DNA of 64,000 nt, taken from positions 23,559-87,558 of the forward strand of contig CAYXDT010000005.1 of NCBI GenBank assembly GCA_964463845.1. The letters are read 5' to 3'. The notes below the pieces were generated by a model that saw only the letters and a program-made list of their open reading frames with translations, ran no database searches and had not been told where the DNA came from. This DNA comes from an uncultured Candidatus Planktophila sp. Its GTDB lineage: Bacteria; Actinomycetota; Actinomycetes; Nanopelagicales; Nanopelagicaceae. Below are positions 1-9,929 of this stretch, in pieces; the first letter of the stretch is position 1; the number at the start of each line of letters is the position of its first letter. A program made the translations under genes and the position numbers.

Positions 1-1
1 T

Positions 2-718
2 GATCGCAATCTACTACGCGATGTCTCCTTTGATCTACATAAGGGTGAAATTTTGGGCTTTGCCGGTCTCATGGGGGCAGGTCGTACCGAACTCGCACGG
101 GCAATTATTGGCGCCAATCCAAAGACCGCTGGCCGCATCTTCCTGCACGGTAAAGAGGTAAAGATTAAGCAGCCATCGGATGCAGTTGCCGCTGGAATCG
201 GCTATCTCTCAGAGGACCGTAAGAGATATGGACTCTTGCTCATTCAAAACCTAACCTTCAATGTGATTCTCTCCTCAATGCCCCGCTTCTCAAAGTTTGG
301 CTGGCTCAGAACCCGTCCAGCAAGCGGCATAACCCGTGATGTCATCAAGCAGCTGCGAGTTCGCACTCCATCTGAAAATCAATTTGTAAAGAATCTCTCC
401 GGCGGAAACCAGCAGAAGGTCGTTATTGGTAAATGGCTCACCCGAAATTGCGAGATCTTGATCTTCGACGAACCAACTCGCGGAATCGATGTCGGTGCCA
501 AGGATGAGATCTACCGCCTTCTTACCAAGCTCTCCGAAGAGGGTAAGTCAATCATCATGATCTCCTCCGAACTTCCTGAGGTTCTACGTATGTCAGATCG
601 CGTAGCGGTCATGTGCGCAGGGCGTCTAACGGGAATTATTGAGAATAAAGATGCCAATCAAGAGGTCATCATCGAATATGCCACAAAGTTTAGCGACGAC
701 TCAGTAGTAGCTCACTAA
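2..718 (+). CDS. Sugar ABC transporter ATP-binding protein (RbsA/MglA family), 5' partial
   Basis: Frame is open from base 2 (DRNLLRDVSFDLHKGEILGFAGLMGAGRTE); second NBD signature LSGGNQQKV and Walker B ILIFDEPTRGIDVGAK. Confidence 0.93.
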   Translation, partial: DRNLLRDVSFDLHKGEILGFAGLMGAGRTELARAIIGANPKTAGRIFLHGKEVKIKQPSDAVAAGIGYLSEDRKRYGLLLIQNLTFNVILSSMPRFSKFGWLRTRPASGITRDVIKQLRVRTPSENQFVKNLSGGNQQKVVIGKWLTRNCEILIFDEPTRGIDVGAKDEIYRLLTKLSEEGKSIIMISSELPEVLRMSDRVAVMCAGRLTGIIENKDANQEVIIEYATKFSDDSVVAH

Positions 719-739
719 GAAGAAGAAAAGAGAAGAGAA

Positions 740-1756
740 ATGTCAGCAGATGTAAAAGCAGCAGCTCAGGCTGAAGGTGGCAACAAGATCGCAGCCTTCG
801 TTCGTCGTGAGATTGGTCGAGTCGCAGCGCTAGCTAGCCTCATCGTCATCTTCACCTTCTTCGCCATCATGCGACCGGTCTTTGCCTCATGGGCAAATGT
901 CTCTGGTGGAATCTTGATGTCAACTACTGTTATTGGCCTCTTAGCTATCGGAGTTACCTTCGTCATCATCACTGGTGGCATCGACCTCTCGGTTGGAACC
1001 TCTATGGCGCTAACCGGTGTCATCGTTGGTAAGACTGTTATGGCATACGATCTAAATGTCTGGGCTGGAATTCTGCTCGGAATGGTTGTTGGCGCCGCCC
1101 TGGGCTCCATTAATGGAATTCTTGTAACTGTACTTCGGCTTCCCCCCTTTATCGCCACCCTTGCAACTATGAAGGGGGCGCAAGGGCTAGCCTTGATCGT
1201 CTCTGATTTAAAGCCAATCCTCTTCGCAACAGATGTAAAGGGTTGGGATGAAATCGCACAGGGAAATATCATCCCTAACTTCCCTAACGGTGTTCTCATT
1301 CTCTTTGTTGCAGCAGTTGTCGGTTCAATCATTCTTAATAAGACAGTTCTAGGCCGCTATAACTTTGCCATCGGCTCAAACCTTGAGGCGACAAAGCTCT
1401 CTGGTGTAAAAGTTAACCGTTGGTTAGTTGCTATCTACGCTCTCTGTGGTGTCTACGTCGGCCTAGCTGCTGTCGTTCTTACCTCACGCCTGGGTTCTGC
1501 TCAGCCAGATCTAGGTCTGGGCTATGAGCTTGAAGCTATCGCGGCTGTAATCATCGGTGGAACTTCACTCTTTGGCGGTAAGGGAACTATCGGCGGAACC
1601 ATTATTGGTGCACTGATCATGTCCGTTCTAATCAACGGGCTACGTATCCTCGAACTTCAGCAAGAGTGGCAGTACGTTGTAGTCGGCGCAGTTATTCTCT
1701 TTGCTGTCTATAGCGATAACCTACGTCGCCGTCGCGCTGGTGATACCACCGTCTGA
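740..1756 (+). CDS. Sugar ABC transporter permease (RbsC family)
   Basis: TFVIITGGIDLSVG, LPPFIATL and GYELEAIAAVIIGGTSLFGGKG motifs; follows the ATPase. Confidence 0.93.
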   Translation: MSADVKAAAQAEGGNKIAAFVRREIGRVAALASLIVIFTFFAIMRPVFASWANVSGGILMSTTVIGLLAIGVTFVIITGGIDLSVGTSMALTGVIVGKTVMAYDLNVWAGILLGMVVGAALGSINGILVTVLRLPPFIATLATMKGAQGLALIVSDLKPILFATDVKGWDEIAQGNIIPNFPNGVLILFVAAVVGSIILNKTVLGRYNFAIGSNLEATKLSGVKVNRWLVAIYALCGVYVGLAAVVLTSRLGSAQPDLGLGYELEAIAAVIIGGTSLFGGKGTIGGTIIGALIMSVLINGLRILELQQEWQYVVVGAVILFAVYSDNLRRRRAGDTTV

Positions 1757-1774
1757 TCTAACTTTTAGATCAGA
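1752..1774. terminator. Inverted repeat between convergent ABC operons, possible bidirectional terminator
   Basis: tctgatcta-acttt-tagatcaga, 9-bp stem with 5-nt loop covering both stop codons; no U-tract. Confidence 0.4.
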
Positions 1775-2516
1775 GTCGTCCCGCTTGATGTACTCGCTTT
1801 AGGAACTCTTGCGTCTTAGCGTTCTGTGGATTGTGCAGCACCTCTTGCGCACTTCCTCGTTCGACTATTGCACCTGACTCTAGGAAGCAGACCTCATCTG
1901 CTACTTGGGTCGCAAAGCCCATCTCGTGCGTTGCGAGCACCATCGTCATGCCATCACCCTTTAACTCACGCACAGCGCTCAGTACCTCATTAACGAGTAC
2001 TGGGTCGAGCGCAGAAGTTACCTCATCCAAAAGCAGCAGGCGTGGGCTGACAGCGAGAGAGCGAATAATGGCCACTCTCTGTTGCTGTCCCCCACTTAAG
2101 CGATCAGGATATTGATCTGCTTTATCTGCCAGATCAAAGCGACGCAGCAGGTGCATCGCATGGGCGTTGGCCTCTTCACGGCTCTTGCCGTGGACTTTAA
2201 TCGGCGAGAGAGTGATATTTTCCAAGACTGTTTTGTGAGGAAATAAGTTAAAAGATTGAAAGACCATCCCCAACTTACGCCGTACCTCATCAACATTAAT
2301 CTTTGGGTCAGAAATCTCCAGGCCATCTAAGAAAATCTGCCCATCATCGATAGTCTCAAGTAGATTAATACAGCGTAGCAAGGTTGATTTACCAGAGCCA
2401 GATGCGCCGATTAAGACAGTGGCGGTATGTTCTGGAACCGTGAGAGAGAGGTTATCGATTACTAAATCATCCCCAAAAGACTTTCGAATTGAGCTTAGCT
2501 CCAATACATTTCCCAT
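1770..2516 (-). CDS. Polar amino acid ABC transporter ATP-binding protein (GlnQ family)
   Basis: GASGSGKSTLLRCINLLE, LSGGQQQRVAI, LLLDEVTSALDP. Confidence 0.95.
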   Translation of the reverse strand: MGNVLELSSIRKSFGDDLVIDNLSLTVPEHTATVLIGASGSGKSTLLRCINLLETIDDGQIFLDGLEISDPKINVDEVRRKLGMVFQSFNLFPHKTVLENITLSPIKVHGKSREEANAHAMHLLRRFDLADKADQYPDRLSGGQQQRVAIIRSLAVSPRLLLLDEVTSALDPVLVNEVLSAVRELKGDGMTMVLATHEMGFATQVADEVCFLESGAIVERGSAQEVLHNPQNAKTQEFLKRVHQAGRL

Positions 2517-3382
2517 TAGATAGCACCCTCTGAGTTCTGAGCGCTGGTGCGCTTACGAATTGCTCGATCGGTATAGCGCGTCATAGGGATTGTTATAAGC
2601 AAAAATAGAATTGCTGCCACCACATATGGTGTGTAATTAAAGGTACGGCTGGCATTTATCTGCGCCGCCCGTACCGCATCTGTAACGCCCAAAATCGAGA
2701 CCAGACCAGTATCTTTCAATAAAGAGACAAAGTCATTTAGTAGCGGTGGTACCACTCGACGAATAGCTTGTGGCAAGACGACAAAGCGCATTGTCTGTCC
2801 AGAAGTTAACCCTAACGAACGAGCAGCCGCTCTCTGGCTGGGATGGATGGATAAAATTCCACTGCGGATAACCTCTGCCACATATGCTGAATAAGTTAAG
2901 ACCACAGCAACAGTTCCCAGAAAAATAACGTTACTTGAAACTCCAGATAGACCAAGTGCTGGAACGCCAAAGCCAACCAAGAGAATAATCAAAATCAGAG
3001 GTGCTCCACGGAAGATATCTACATAGGCGGTAGCTAGAAAGCGGAAAGGTGTGAGAGTTGGTGACTTAGTTGTCCGCAGTAGCGCAAGGCCTAGCGCAAT
3101 AACGCCAATCGCAGCTCCACCAATAAAGGTCAATTGCAGATTGATCCAGAGCCCTTTTGCGACCAAGGGCAGAATCTCTTGGCCGTATTCGATATCAAAG
3201 AATGTACTTTTAACACTCTCCCAGCCCGGACTAGTAACCAGAATTAGCGCCAGTGTGCCAAGAACGAGAATGGATGAGAGCGCCGCAATAATAATTTGCT
3301 TGCGGTTAATTGCGCGCCGCGTCTTACGGCGTTCTATCTCACGTGAGCTTGGCGACCACGCAGAGCTCTTCTTCTCTGACAT
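2516..3382 (-). CDS. Polar amino acid ABC transporter permease
   Basis: YVDIFRGAP, AYVAEVIRSGI and EAA-loop-like AAARSLGL; ATG at 3382 preferred over the upstream TTG. Confidence 0.93.
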   Translation of the reverse strand: MSEKKSSAWSPSSREIERRKTRRAINRKQIIIAALSSILVLGTLALILVTSPGWESVKSTFFDIEYGQEILPLVAKGLWINLQLTFIGGAAIGVIALGLALLRTTKSPTLTPFRFLATAYVDIFRGAPLILIILLVGFGVPALGLSGVSSNVIFLGTVAVVLTYSAYVAEVIRSGILSIHPSQRAAARSLGLTSGQTMRFVVLPQAIRRVVPPLLNDFVSLLKDTGLVSILGVTDAVRAAQINASRTFNYTPYVVAAILFLLITIPMTRYTDRAIRKRTSAQNSEGAI

Positions 3383-3420
3383 GGCCGCCAAACTACCGCT
3401 TTTACTTCTTTATTTCTTAC

Positions 3421-4266
3421 TTATTGCTGCAAGACAGGCGCACCAGCACCTGATGCCAGCCATCTATCGGTAATGGCTGCAAGTTGTCCATCCGCAGTGA
3501 TTGCATCAACTGCATCAGATACACACTTAGTTAGTGGGCTTCCCTTAGAGAGAAGGAGTCCAAATTCATCACCTGAACCTGTTGATGGCAATTGACCAAC
3601 GATTAAGCCATTTGGAACTTCAACACCTGAAAGGTAGAAGGCAGTAGGAAGATCTACAACGAGACCGTCAATCTGCTTATTCTTAAGTGCTGAAACACCT
3701 GCGGCGTTATCGTTAAATACCTGCGGTGTAATGCCAACTTGATTCTCAATAGCATCAAGTGAAGTTGTGCCCACTGCCGCTCCAAGCTTGGCAGCCTTTA
3801 GATCTGCAATTGAGGCAGCTCCCTCAATCTTGCTTCCCTTAAAGGAGACAATTGCCTGTGGCGCTGTGTAGTAAGGAGATGAGAAATCAACAGCAGTCTT
3901 GCGTTCTTCTGTAATTGAGAATTGCTGCAAGTTGAAGTCAAAGTTCTTCTCCCCTGGTGTTACAGCTGAGTCAAATGTTGTACGAACCCATGTGACATCT
4001 GCGGCATCAAAGCCAAGTTGTGCGGCAACTGCATATGCAACTGCGCCTTCAAAACCTTCTCCACTCTCAGGGTTGTCGTCGATAACCCATGGGTAGTAGG
4101 CAGGTTCACCTGTTGCGATTGTTAACTTGCCATCTGTAACGGTTGCAAGATCAGCTCTCTCGCAAGATGCTGAGGCTGAGCTATCTGAATCAGATGAAGA
4201 ACATCCGGTCAGAGTTAGCGCTGCAGCTGCAGTGATAGCTGCAATAAATAGAAACTTCTTATTCAT
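3421..4266 (-). CDS. Amino acid ABC transporter substrate-binding lipoprotein
   Basis: Lipobox LTLTGC after MNKKFLF; SBP family 3 motifs (KLTIATGEPAYYPW, DFSSPYY); GAGG SD before ATG 4266. Confidence 0.92.
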   Translation of the reverse strand: MNKKFLFIAAITAAAALTLTGCSSSDSDSSASASCERADLATVTDGKLTIATGEPAYYPWVIDDNPESGEGFEGAVAYAVAAQLGFDAADVTWVRTTFDSAVTPGEKNFDFNLQQFSITEERKTAVDFSSPYYTAPQAIVSFKGSKIEGAASIADLKAAKLGAAVGTTSLDAIENQVGITPQVFNDNAAGVSALKNKQIDGLVVDLPTAFYLSGVEVPNGLIVGQLPSTGSGDEFGLLLSKGSPLTKCVSDAVDAITADGQLAAITDRWLASGAGAPVLQQ

Positions 4267-4366
4267 GGTGGCTCCTCTAAAATGGAAGGTAAATACTGGC
4301 AAAGGTTATTGAGTCATCTGGCTTATGTCGACCTGCAAACCAAATGCAGAAGCAGATCGGAGACTA

Positions 4367-4451
4367 TGGTGGCGGGTGAAGGATTTGAACCTTCGAAGGC
4401 AGAGCCGGGGGATTTACAGTCCCCTCCCATTGGCCGCTCGGGCAACCCGCC
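4367..4451 (-). tRNA. tRNA-Tyr (GTA)
   Basis: Cloverleaf read by hand: acceptor GGCGGGT/ACCCGCC, anticodon loop CTGTAAA, long variable arm, T-arm GAAGG-TTCAAAT-CCTTC, encoded CCA. Confidence 0.97.
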
Positions 4452-4544
4452 AGGGTCGTACAAGTGTTGCGGCGCTTTGGTACTAGCGAGCCTCCAACGA
4501 TACCTTAGGCGCTTGAACTTTGAAAATCACGAGAGAGGGCCACA

Positions 4545-5033
4545 ATGGCTGACAGCAGTTTCGATGTAGTCTCCAAGATTGACCGTATGGAGCTAGATAA
4601 CGCGATTAATCAAGCAATCCGTGAGATTGATACCCGCTTTGATTTTAAGAACACTGGCGCAAAGATTGAACTCTCCGGAGATAAGATCGCAATTGAGGCA
4701 GATACTGAAGAACGCGCGAAGGCGACTCTTGATGTAGTCAAAGATAAGATGATTAAGAGAGGCGTCTCACTTAAGCATCTAGATGCGGCCGAGCCCCAAC
4801 TTTCAGGAAAGATATACAAGATTGCTTGCGCTCTTAAAGAGGGCATCTCGACTGAAAATGCGAAGAAGATTGCTAAATTCTTACGTGATGAGGGGCCAAA
4901 ATCAATCAAGTCTCAGATTCAAGGCGACGAGTTACGTGTGACTAGTAAGAGTCGCGATGATCTACAAGAGGCAATTGAGCAGATAAAGAATGGCAAATTC
5001 GAATTTGCAGTTCAATTTGTAAATTTCCGCTAA
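4545..5033 (+). CDS. yajQ: YajQ family nucleotide (c-di-GMP) binding protein
   Basis: MADSSFDVVSKID, RFDFK, QIQGDELRVTSKSRDDLQ and C-terminal QFVNFR; divergent from tRNA-Tyr as usual in actinobacteria. Confidence 0.95.
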   Translation: MADSSFDVVSKIDRMELDNAINQAIREIDTRFDFKNTGAKIELSGDKIAIEADTEERAKATLDVVKDKMIKRGVSLKHLDAAEPQLSGKIYKIACALKEGISTENAKKIAKFLRDEGPKSIKSQIQGDELRVTSKSRDDLQEAIEQIKNGKFEFAVQFVNFR

Positions 5034-5939
5034 GTGGCAAAGACTCGTAGTGAGTACTCGCTAGGTCTATTTTTCGGGGTTGGTTCCTACATTATCTGGG
5101 GGCTCTTTCCGCTTTACTGGCCCCTTCTTGAACCCGCAAATCCACTTGAAATTGTTTCGCATAGAGCGGTCTGGACCTTAGTTTTTTGTGCAATTATTTT
5201 AGCTATCTCGAAGCAACTCAAATCAACACTTCTAGTAATGAAGAATCGGCGCAAGATTATTGGGCTCTTCTTCTCCTCTATTTTAATCTCCATCAATTGG
5301 ATTACCTACATCTGGGCGGTAAATAATGGCCATGTAGTTGAGGCAGCTCTTGGTTATTACATAAACCCGCTAATAATTATTGCCTTCGGGGTAATTTTGT
5401 TGCGCGAAAAGATGCGAAGAATGCAGTGGGTGGCAGTCGGTATCGCCGCAATTGGCGTTGTGATTTTAACGCTGGATTATGGGCGCCTTCCCTGGGTCGC
5501 TATTTCGCTGGCGCTCTCTTGGGGTACTTATGGCTTGGTTAAGAAGAAGTTAGATCTAGGAGCGCTCGAGGGGCTAGCTATCGAGACCCTGCTTTCTATG
5601 CTGCCTTACGCCTTCTATCTTCTATATCTGCATCAAGAAGGCACCGGCCAATTTGGGCAAACCCCACTTCTTACTATCTTATTGATAAGCGCTGGCGCAG
5701 TTACCGCAATTCCGCTGCTCCTATTTAATGGTTCGACTACAAGACTTCCTTACAGCACCATCGGATTGCTGCAATACATAACACCCACGATTCAATTTTC
5801 AATTGGCGTCTGGGTGCGTCATGAGACTATGACAACAGCGCGCTGGGCGGGTTTTTTCTTTATCTGGGTGGCGCTCTTTGCGCTAGGAACTGATCTAGTT
5901 AGATCAAGTCGAGCGATCGACAATCGCATCGCACAATGA
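5034..5939 (+). CDS. rarD: RarD family EamA/DMT transporter
   Basis: YIIWGLFPLYW, EIVSHRAVW, EAALGYYINPL, IGLLQYITPTIQF. Confidence 0.93.
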   Translation: MAKTRSEYSLGLFFGVGSYIIWGLFPLYWPLLEPANPLEIVSHRAVWTLVFCAIILAISKQLKSTLLVMKNRRKIIGLFFSSILISINWITYIWAVNNGHVVEAALGYYINPLIIIAFGVILLREKMRRMQWVAVGIAAIGVVILTLDYGRLPWVAISLALSWGTYGLVKKKLDLGALEGLAIETLLSMLPYAFYLLYLHQEGTGQFGQTPLLTILLISAGAVTAIPLLLFNGSTTRLPYSTIGLLQYITPTIQFSIGVWVRHETMTTARWAGFFFIWVALFALGTDLVRSSRAIDNRIAQ

Positions 5940-6893
5940 AAATAGCGCACCTGTTACATCGTTTACAGGAAGTGGGCCAAGGGCGGCACGTGCATCACGG
6001 GCAATCTGTTGTAGCTGTTCGCGTGATTGCGCAAGAGCTGGGTGAACCCGTAACTCCTGCAGAACTCGTGCAATAACAACCTCATCTTTAATAGGCGCCT
6101 TTAATAACTCAACTAATTCGCGATCTTCGGCACGCTTAGAGTTCATGACATTTAAGGTAACTAACGTTGGAACCCCTTCTCGCAAATCTGTTCCAGGAGT
6201 CTTTCCTGACTGATGGGATTCACTGGCGATATCGATGATGTCATCAGCTAATTGAAAAGCAATTCCAATCTTCTCTCCAAAGATTGTTAGCGTCTCTTTA
6301 ATCTCATCAGGCGCACCTGAAACCATCGCACCAAATCTGGCGCTTGCGGCAATTAGTGAGCCAGTTTTATCAGCCACCACCTGCATGTAGTGCTCGAGTG
6401 GATCTTCTCCATTTTGCGGCCCTTGGGTCTCCATGATTTGGCCAATAACCAGTCGTTCAAATGTAGAGGCCTGCAAGCGAACTGCTTCTGGACCAATATC
6501 GGCAAGGAGCGCTGACACCTTTGCAAATAGGTAATCACCAGTCAAAATCGCTACGGTATTACCCCAGCGACTATTGGCGCTCTCAACGTTACGGCGCAGG
6601 CGGGCTTCATCCATAACATCATCGTGATAGAGAGTTGCAACATGTGTTAACTCGCAGACAACTGCAGATTCGATAATTCCAAAACGGTTCTTATCTCCAT
6701 AGTGCGAAGCAAGGAGGGTGAGCAGCGGGCGCAAGCGCTTGCCGCCAGCTGCCACTAAATGTCTGGAGGTCTCTTCAACTAGCGGGTAATTGCCTTGAAT
6801 ATGGCTAAGTAGAAGGCTCTCCACCTTCTGCATATCCTGCGTTAACTCTGCCTCTAATTCAGGCGCTAAACCCGGAATTCCAATGGCTGCCAT
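5904..6893 (-). CDS. Polyprenyl diphosphate synthase (menaquinone side chain)
   Basis: GGKRLRP, first Asp-rich motif LYHDDVMD, second FQLADD, KTGSL; TAATG overlap with nuoN. Confidence 0.93.
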   Translation of the reverse strand: MAAIGIPGLAPELEAELTQDMQKVESLLLSHIQGNYPLVEETSRHLVAAGGKRLRPLLTLLASHYGDKNRFGIIESAVVCELTHVATLYHDDVMDEARLRRNVESANSRWGNTVAILTGDYLFAKVSALLADIGPEAVRLQASTFERLVIGQIMETQGPQNGEDPLEHYMQVVADKTGSLIAASARFGAMVSGAPDEIKETLTIFGEKIGIAFQLADDIIDIASESHQSGKTPGTDLREGVPTLVTLNVMNSKRAEDRELVELLKAPIKDEVVIARVLQELRVHPALAQSREQLQQIARDARAALGPLPVNDVTGALFSLCDAIVDRST

Positions 6894-8410
6894 TAGCGGA
6901 TGAAGAAGGCGAGCGATTCAATCGCCTCTAATAGTGGTGCAGGGAATACTCCAAGAATTACCGTAACTAGCGCAGAGAAAGTGATTGCAATTGTGGTGAG
7001 AGCTGATGGAATTACAACGCTTGTGCCATCTTCAACAGGATCTTTAAAGAAGATTAAGACAATTACGCGGATATAGAAGAAGGCGGCAATTGCAGAGGAT
7101 AAGACGCCCGCAATCAAAATAGAGGTGCTGCCAGATTCGTATGCTGCCGAGAAGATGGAGAACTTACCTATAAACCCAGAAGTTAAAGGAATTCCGGCAA
7201 AGGTTAAGAGGAAGAGCGAGAAGACCAGAGCAACCATCGGTGAACGCTTACCAAGACCACTCCAGCGATTTAGGTCGGTGACCTCTCCTGCTGAATCGCG
7301 TACCAAAGTGATAACTGCAAAGGCTCCGATGGTCGCGATGCCATATGCAAAGAGGTAGAAGATGGTGGCATCTAAACCAGCTTTACTTAACGCAATTACA
7401 CCGGCTAGCAAGAATCCCGCATGAGCAATTGATGAGTAAGCCAACATGCGCTTGATATCACGCTGGGTAATTGCAACAACTGAACCGAAGACCATAGTGA
7501 TGATGGCAATTACCACCATTACAGGGCGCCACTGCCATTCCGCATTTGCAAATGAGACATAGAAGATTCGCATGATTGCGCCAAAGGCCGCCACCTTCGT
7601 AGCTGCTGCCATGAAGCCGGTAATTGCAGTTGGGGCGCCTTGATAGACATCTGGTGTCCAGGCATGGAATGGAACTGCGCCTACCTTAAAGAGCAGACCA
7701 ATTGAGAGGAAGGCTATTCCGAGAAGTAAGAAGACATCGTTTCCAGCACCGCCAACAACGCTGGCTTGAATTCCTGCCAAGGTAATTGTTCCAGAGTAGC
7801 CATAGAGATAGGCGATTCCAAAGAGGAAGAAGGCTGATGAGAAGGCGCCAAGTAGGAAGTATTTAAGGGCGGCCTCTTGCGACATTAAGCGGCGGCGGCG
7901 AGATAAGCCCGCCATTAAATAGAGCGGAAGTGAGAGAACTTCTAGCGCTACAAAGAGGGTAATCAGGTCGGTGGCAACCGGGAAGATCATCATTCCCGCT
8001 ACTGCAAAGAGGGTAAGTGGATATACCTCTGTCACTCGTTGCTCACTTTGCAGCGATTGACGCTCCTCTGAAGAGCCCGGAACTGCCGCAGCCATTGCGG
8101 TGAAGTTCTCTTGATCAGTAATTAAGAAGATAGCCAGTAGAGAGATAATTAATATGCTCGCCTGAATCAGAACAGATGCACCATCAAAGGCAATCGATCC
8201 CATCGCCGCATCGGTAGATGACTGATTGCGAACGGTAAAGAGCGCAGCCCCAGCTGCAACAAGTGCCATAACTGAGGTAAATAACTGCGCCGTCGGACGA
8301 ACTGCGTGTGAGGCGAATGCTTCAATCAGAACACCAATGAGAGCTCCGACAAGAACGATAATTATGGGTGAAAGCTGGGCATAGTTAAGGCTGGGAGTTA
8401 CAAATACCAT
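6893..8410 (-). CDS. nuoN: NADH-quinone oxidoreductase subunit N
   Basis: EAALKYFLLGAFSS, FKVGAVPFHAWTPDVYQGAP, KRMLAYSSIAHAG. Confidence 0.97.
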   Translation of the reverse strand: MVFVTPSLNYAQLSPIIIVLVGALIGVLIEAFASHAVRPTAQLFTSVMALVAAGAALFTVRNQSSTDAAMGSIAFDGASVLIQASILIISLLAIFLITDQENFTAMAAAVPGSSEERQSLQSEQRVTEVYPLTLFAVAGMMIFPVATDLITLFVALEVLSLPLYLMAGLSRRRRLMSQEAALKYFLLGAFSSAFFLFGIAYLYGYSGTITLAGIQASVVGGAGNDVFLLLGIAFLSIGLLFKVGAVPFHAWTPDVYQGAPTAITGFMAAATKVAAFGAIMRIFYVSFANAEWQWRPVMVVIAIITMVFGSVVAITQRDIKRMLAYSSIAHAGFLLAGVIALSKAGLDATIFYLFAYGIATIGAFAVITLVRDSAGEVTDLNRWSGLGKRSPMVALVFSLFLLTFAGIPLTSGFIGKFSIFSAAYESGSTSILIAGVLSSAIAAFFYIRVIVLIFFKDPVEDGTSVVIPSALTTIAITFSALVTVILGVFPAPLLEAIESLAFFIR

Positions 8411-8414
8411 TTAT

Positions 8415-9929
8415 CTACCTACGCTCTTCCGATGGAGTTGGATCGGTAAATCCTTGCGACTGCACAGTATGTGCTGCAATTGGATTAATAACATTTAGCA
8501 GCGGTGCCGGGTAGAAGCCCAGTGCGATGATAACTGCCATGACTGGTGCAATCGCAAACTTCTCACGCAGATTTAGATCTGGCATATTCTCATTACCTGG
8601 AGTTGTCGGTCCATGGAGCGCTTTTTGAACTGGAATCAAAATATAGAGCGCTGCCAGAACGATTCCGAAGGTAGCTAGAACTGCAGCAACTGGATAGCGC
8701 GTAAAGGTTCCAACTAGAACTAAGAACTCGCTGACGAAGCTAGATAAACCAGGAAGCGCCAGTGATGACATACCCGCGATAAAGAAGGACCAAGCCATAA
8801 CCGGTGTGACCCGTTGCAAACCACCAAAGTCTGAGATTGTGGAAGATTTACGGCGGGCAATCATCCAGCCAGCAACCAAGAAGAGCGCTGCTGTCGAGAA
8901 GCCATGGTTAAACATATAAAGCGTTGCTCCGCTGTGGCTCTGTGTGGTCATCGCAAAGATTCCCATGGTTATAAAACCAAAGTGAGAGATTGAGGTATAG
9001 GCAATCAAGCGCTTAATATCTCGTGCACCAATTGCCAAGAAGGCGCCATAAAGAATTGAGATAACAGCCAAGGTAATTATTAATGGAGTAAATGTCTTGG
9101 AGGCATCTGGAAAGAGTGAGAGACAGAAGCGAATCATTCCAAAGGTACCGACCTTATCCAGCACGCCAAGTAGAAGTACCGAGGTTCCGGGTGTAGCCGA
9201 TGCTGCGGCATCTGGTAGCCAGGTGTGCAATGGCCAGACCGGTGCCTTGATGGCAAAGGCGATGAAGAAGGCCAGGAAGAGTAGGTTCTGAGTCGTCGAG
9301 CTCATGTAGTTGTGCATTTCAGAGAGCCTGGTTATGTCAAAGGTTGCTCCACCATTTGCACTTGAAATAACGAATAAGGCGATGATGGCAGCCAACATTA
9401 GGAGGCCACCAAAGAGGCTATAGAGAAGGAACTTAACGGCTGCAGCGGCACGTTCTCCACTGCCATACCCACCAATTAAGAAGTAGACCGGAATCAACAT
9501 CGCTTCAAAGAAGACATAGAACAAGAAGAGATCAGTTGCGGCAAAGACGCCGATCATCATCGTTTCAAGGACAAGAATCAAAATATAGAAAGTTTTTACC
9601 GACCAACGCCCACCTTCGGATTCATTCCACCCTGCCAAAATCACGATTGGAACAAGTAGAACAGAGAGCATGATGAGGACTAGTGAGATTCCATCTACAC
9701 CCACTGCATAATTAATGCCAAAGGTTGGAATCCATTGCGCAACCTGAACAAATTGGAAGTCGACATTAGAGGAATCAAAGTTAAGCCACATAATAACTGC
9801 CGATGCGGCGACAAGAATTGAGACTCCAAGAGCAGCCTGCTTAATCCGAAGAATCTGTTCGCCAGGAATTATGGCAAGTAGCACAGAACCAAGTAACGGT
9901 AGAAGCATCATCGTGGTTAGAGCGTTCAT
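8415..9929 (-). CDS. nuoM: NADH-quinone oxidoreductase subunit M
   Basis: [39 protein letters not shown]; ATG 9929 overlaps the nuoL stop (ATGA). Confidence 0.97.
   Translation of the reverse strand: MNALTTMMLLPLLGSVLLAIIPGEQILRIKQAALGVSILVAASAVIMWLNFDSSNVDFQFVQVAQWIPTFGINYAVGVDGISLVLIMLSVLLVPIVILAGWNESEGGRWSVKTFYILILVLETMMIGVFAATDLFLFYVFFEAMLIPVYFLIGGYGSGERAAAAVKFLLYSLFGGLLMLAAIIALFVISSANGGATFDITRLSEMHNYMSSTTQNLLFLAFFIAFAIKAPVWPLHTWLPDAAASATPGTSVLLLGVLDKVGTFGMIRFCLSLFPDASKTFTPLIITLAVISILYGAFLAIGARDIKRLIAYTSISHFGFITMGIFAMTTQSHSGATLYMFNHGFSTAALFLVAGWMIARRKSSTISDFGGLQRVTPVMAWSFFIAGMSSLALPGLSSFVSEFLVLVGTFTRYPVAAVLATFGIVLAALYILIPVQKALHGPTTPGNENMPDLNLREKFAIAPVMAVIIALGFYPAPLLNVINPIAAHTVQSQGFTDPTPSEERR

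Noticed and set aside
4333-4349. ctgca-N7-tgcag hairpin downstream of tRNA-Tyr
   Set aside because: Only a 5-bp stem, no U-tract; too weak to call as a terminator.
4405-4430. G-rich tRNA-Tyr anticodon stem (GGGGA/TCCCC) resembling an initiator tRNA feature
   Set aside because: Pair 31-39 is A-U, so the three consecutive G-C initiator hallmark is absent; the acceptor stem is fully paired.
4282-4569. 95-aa ORF across the tRNA region
   Set aside because: It overlaps tRNA-Tyr antisense, has no protein motifs and collides with yajQ.
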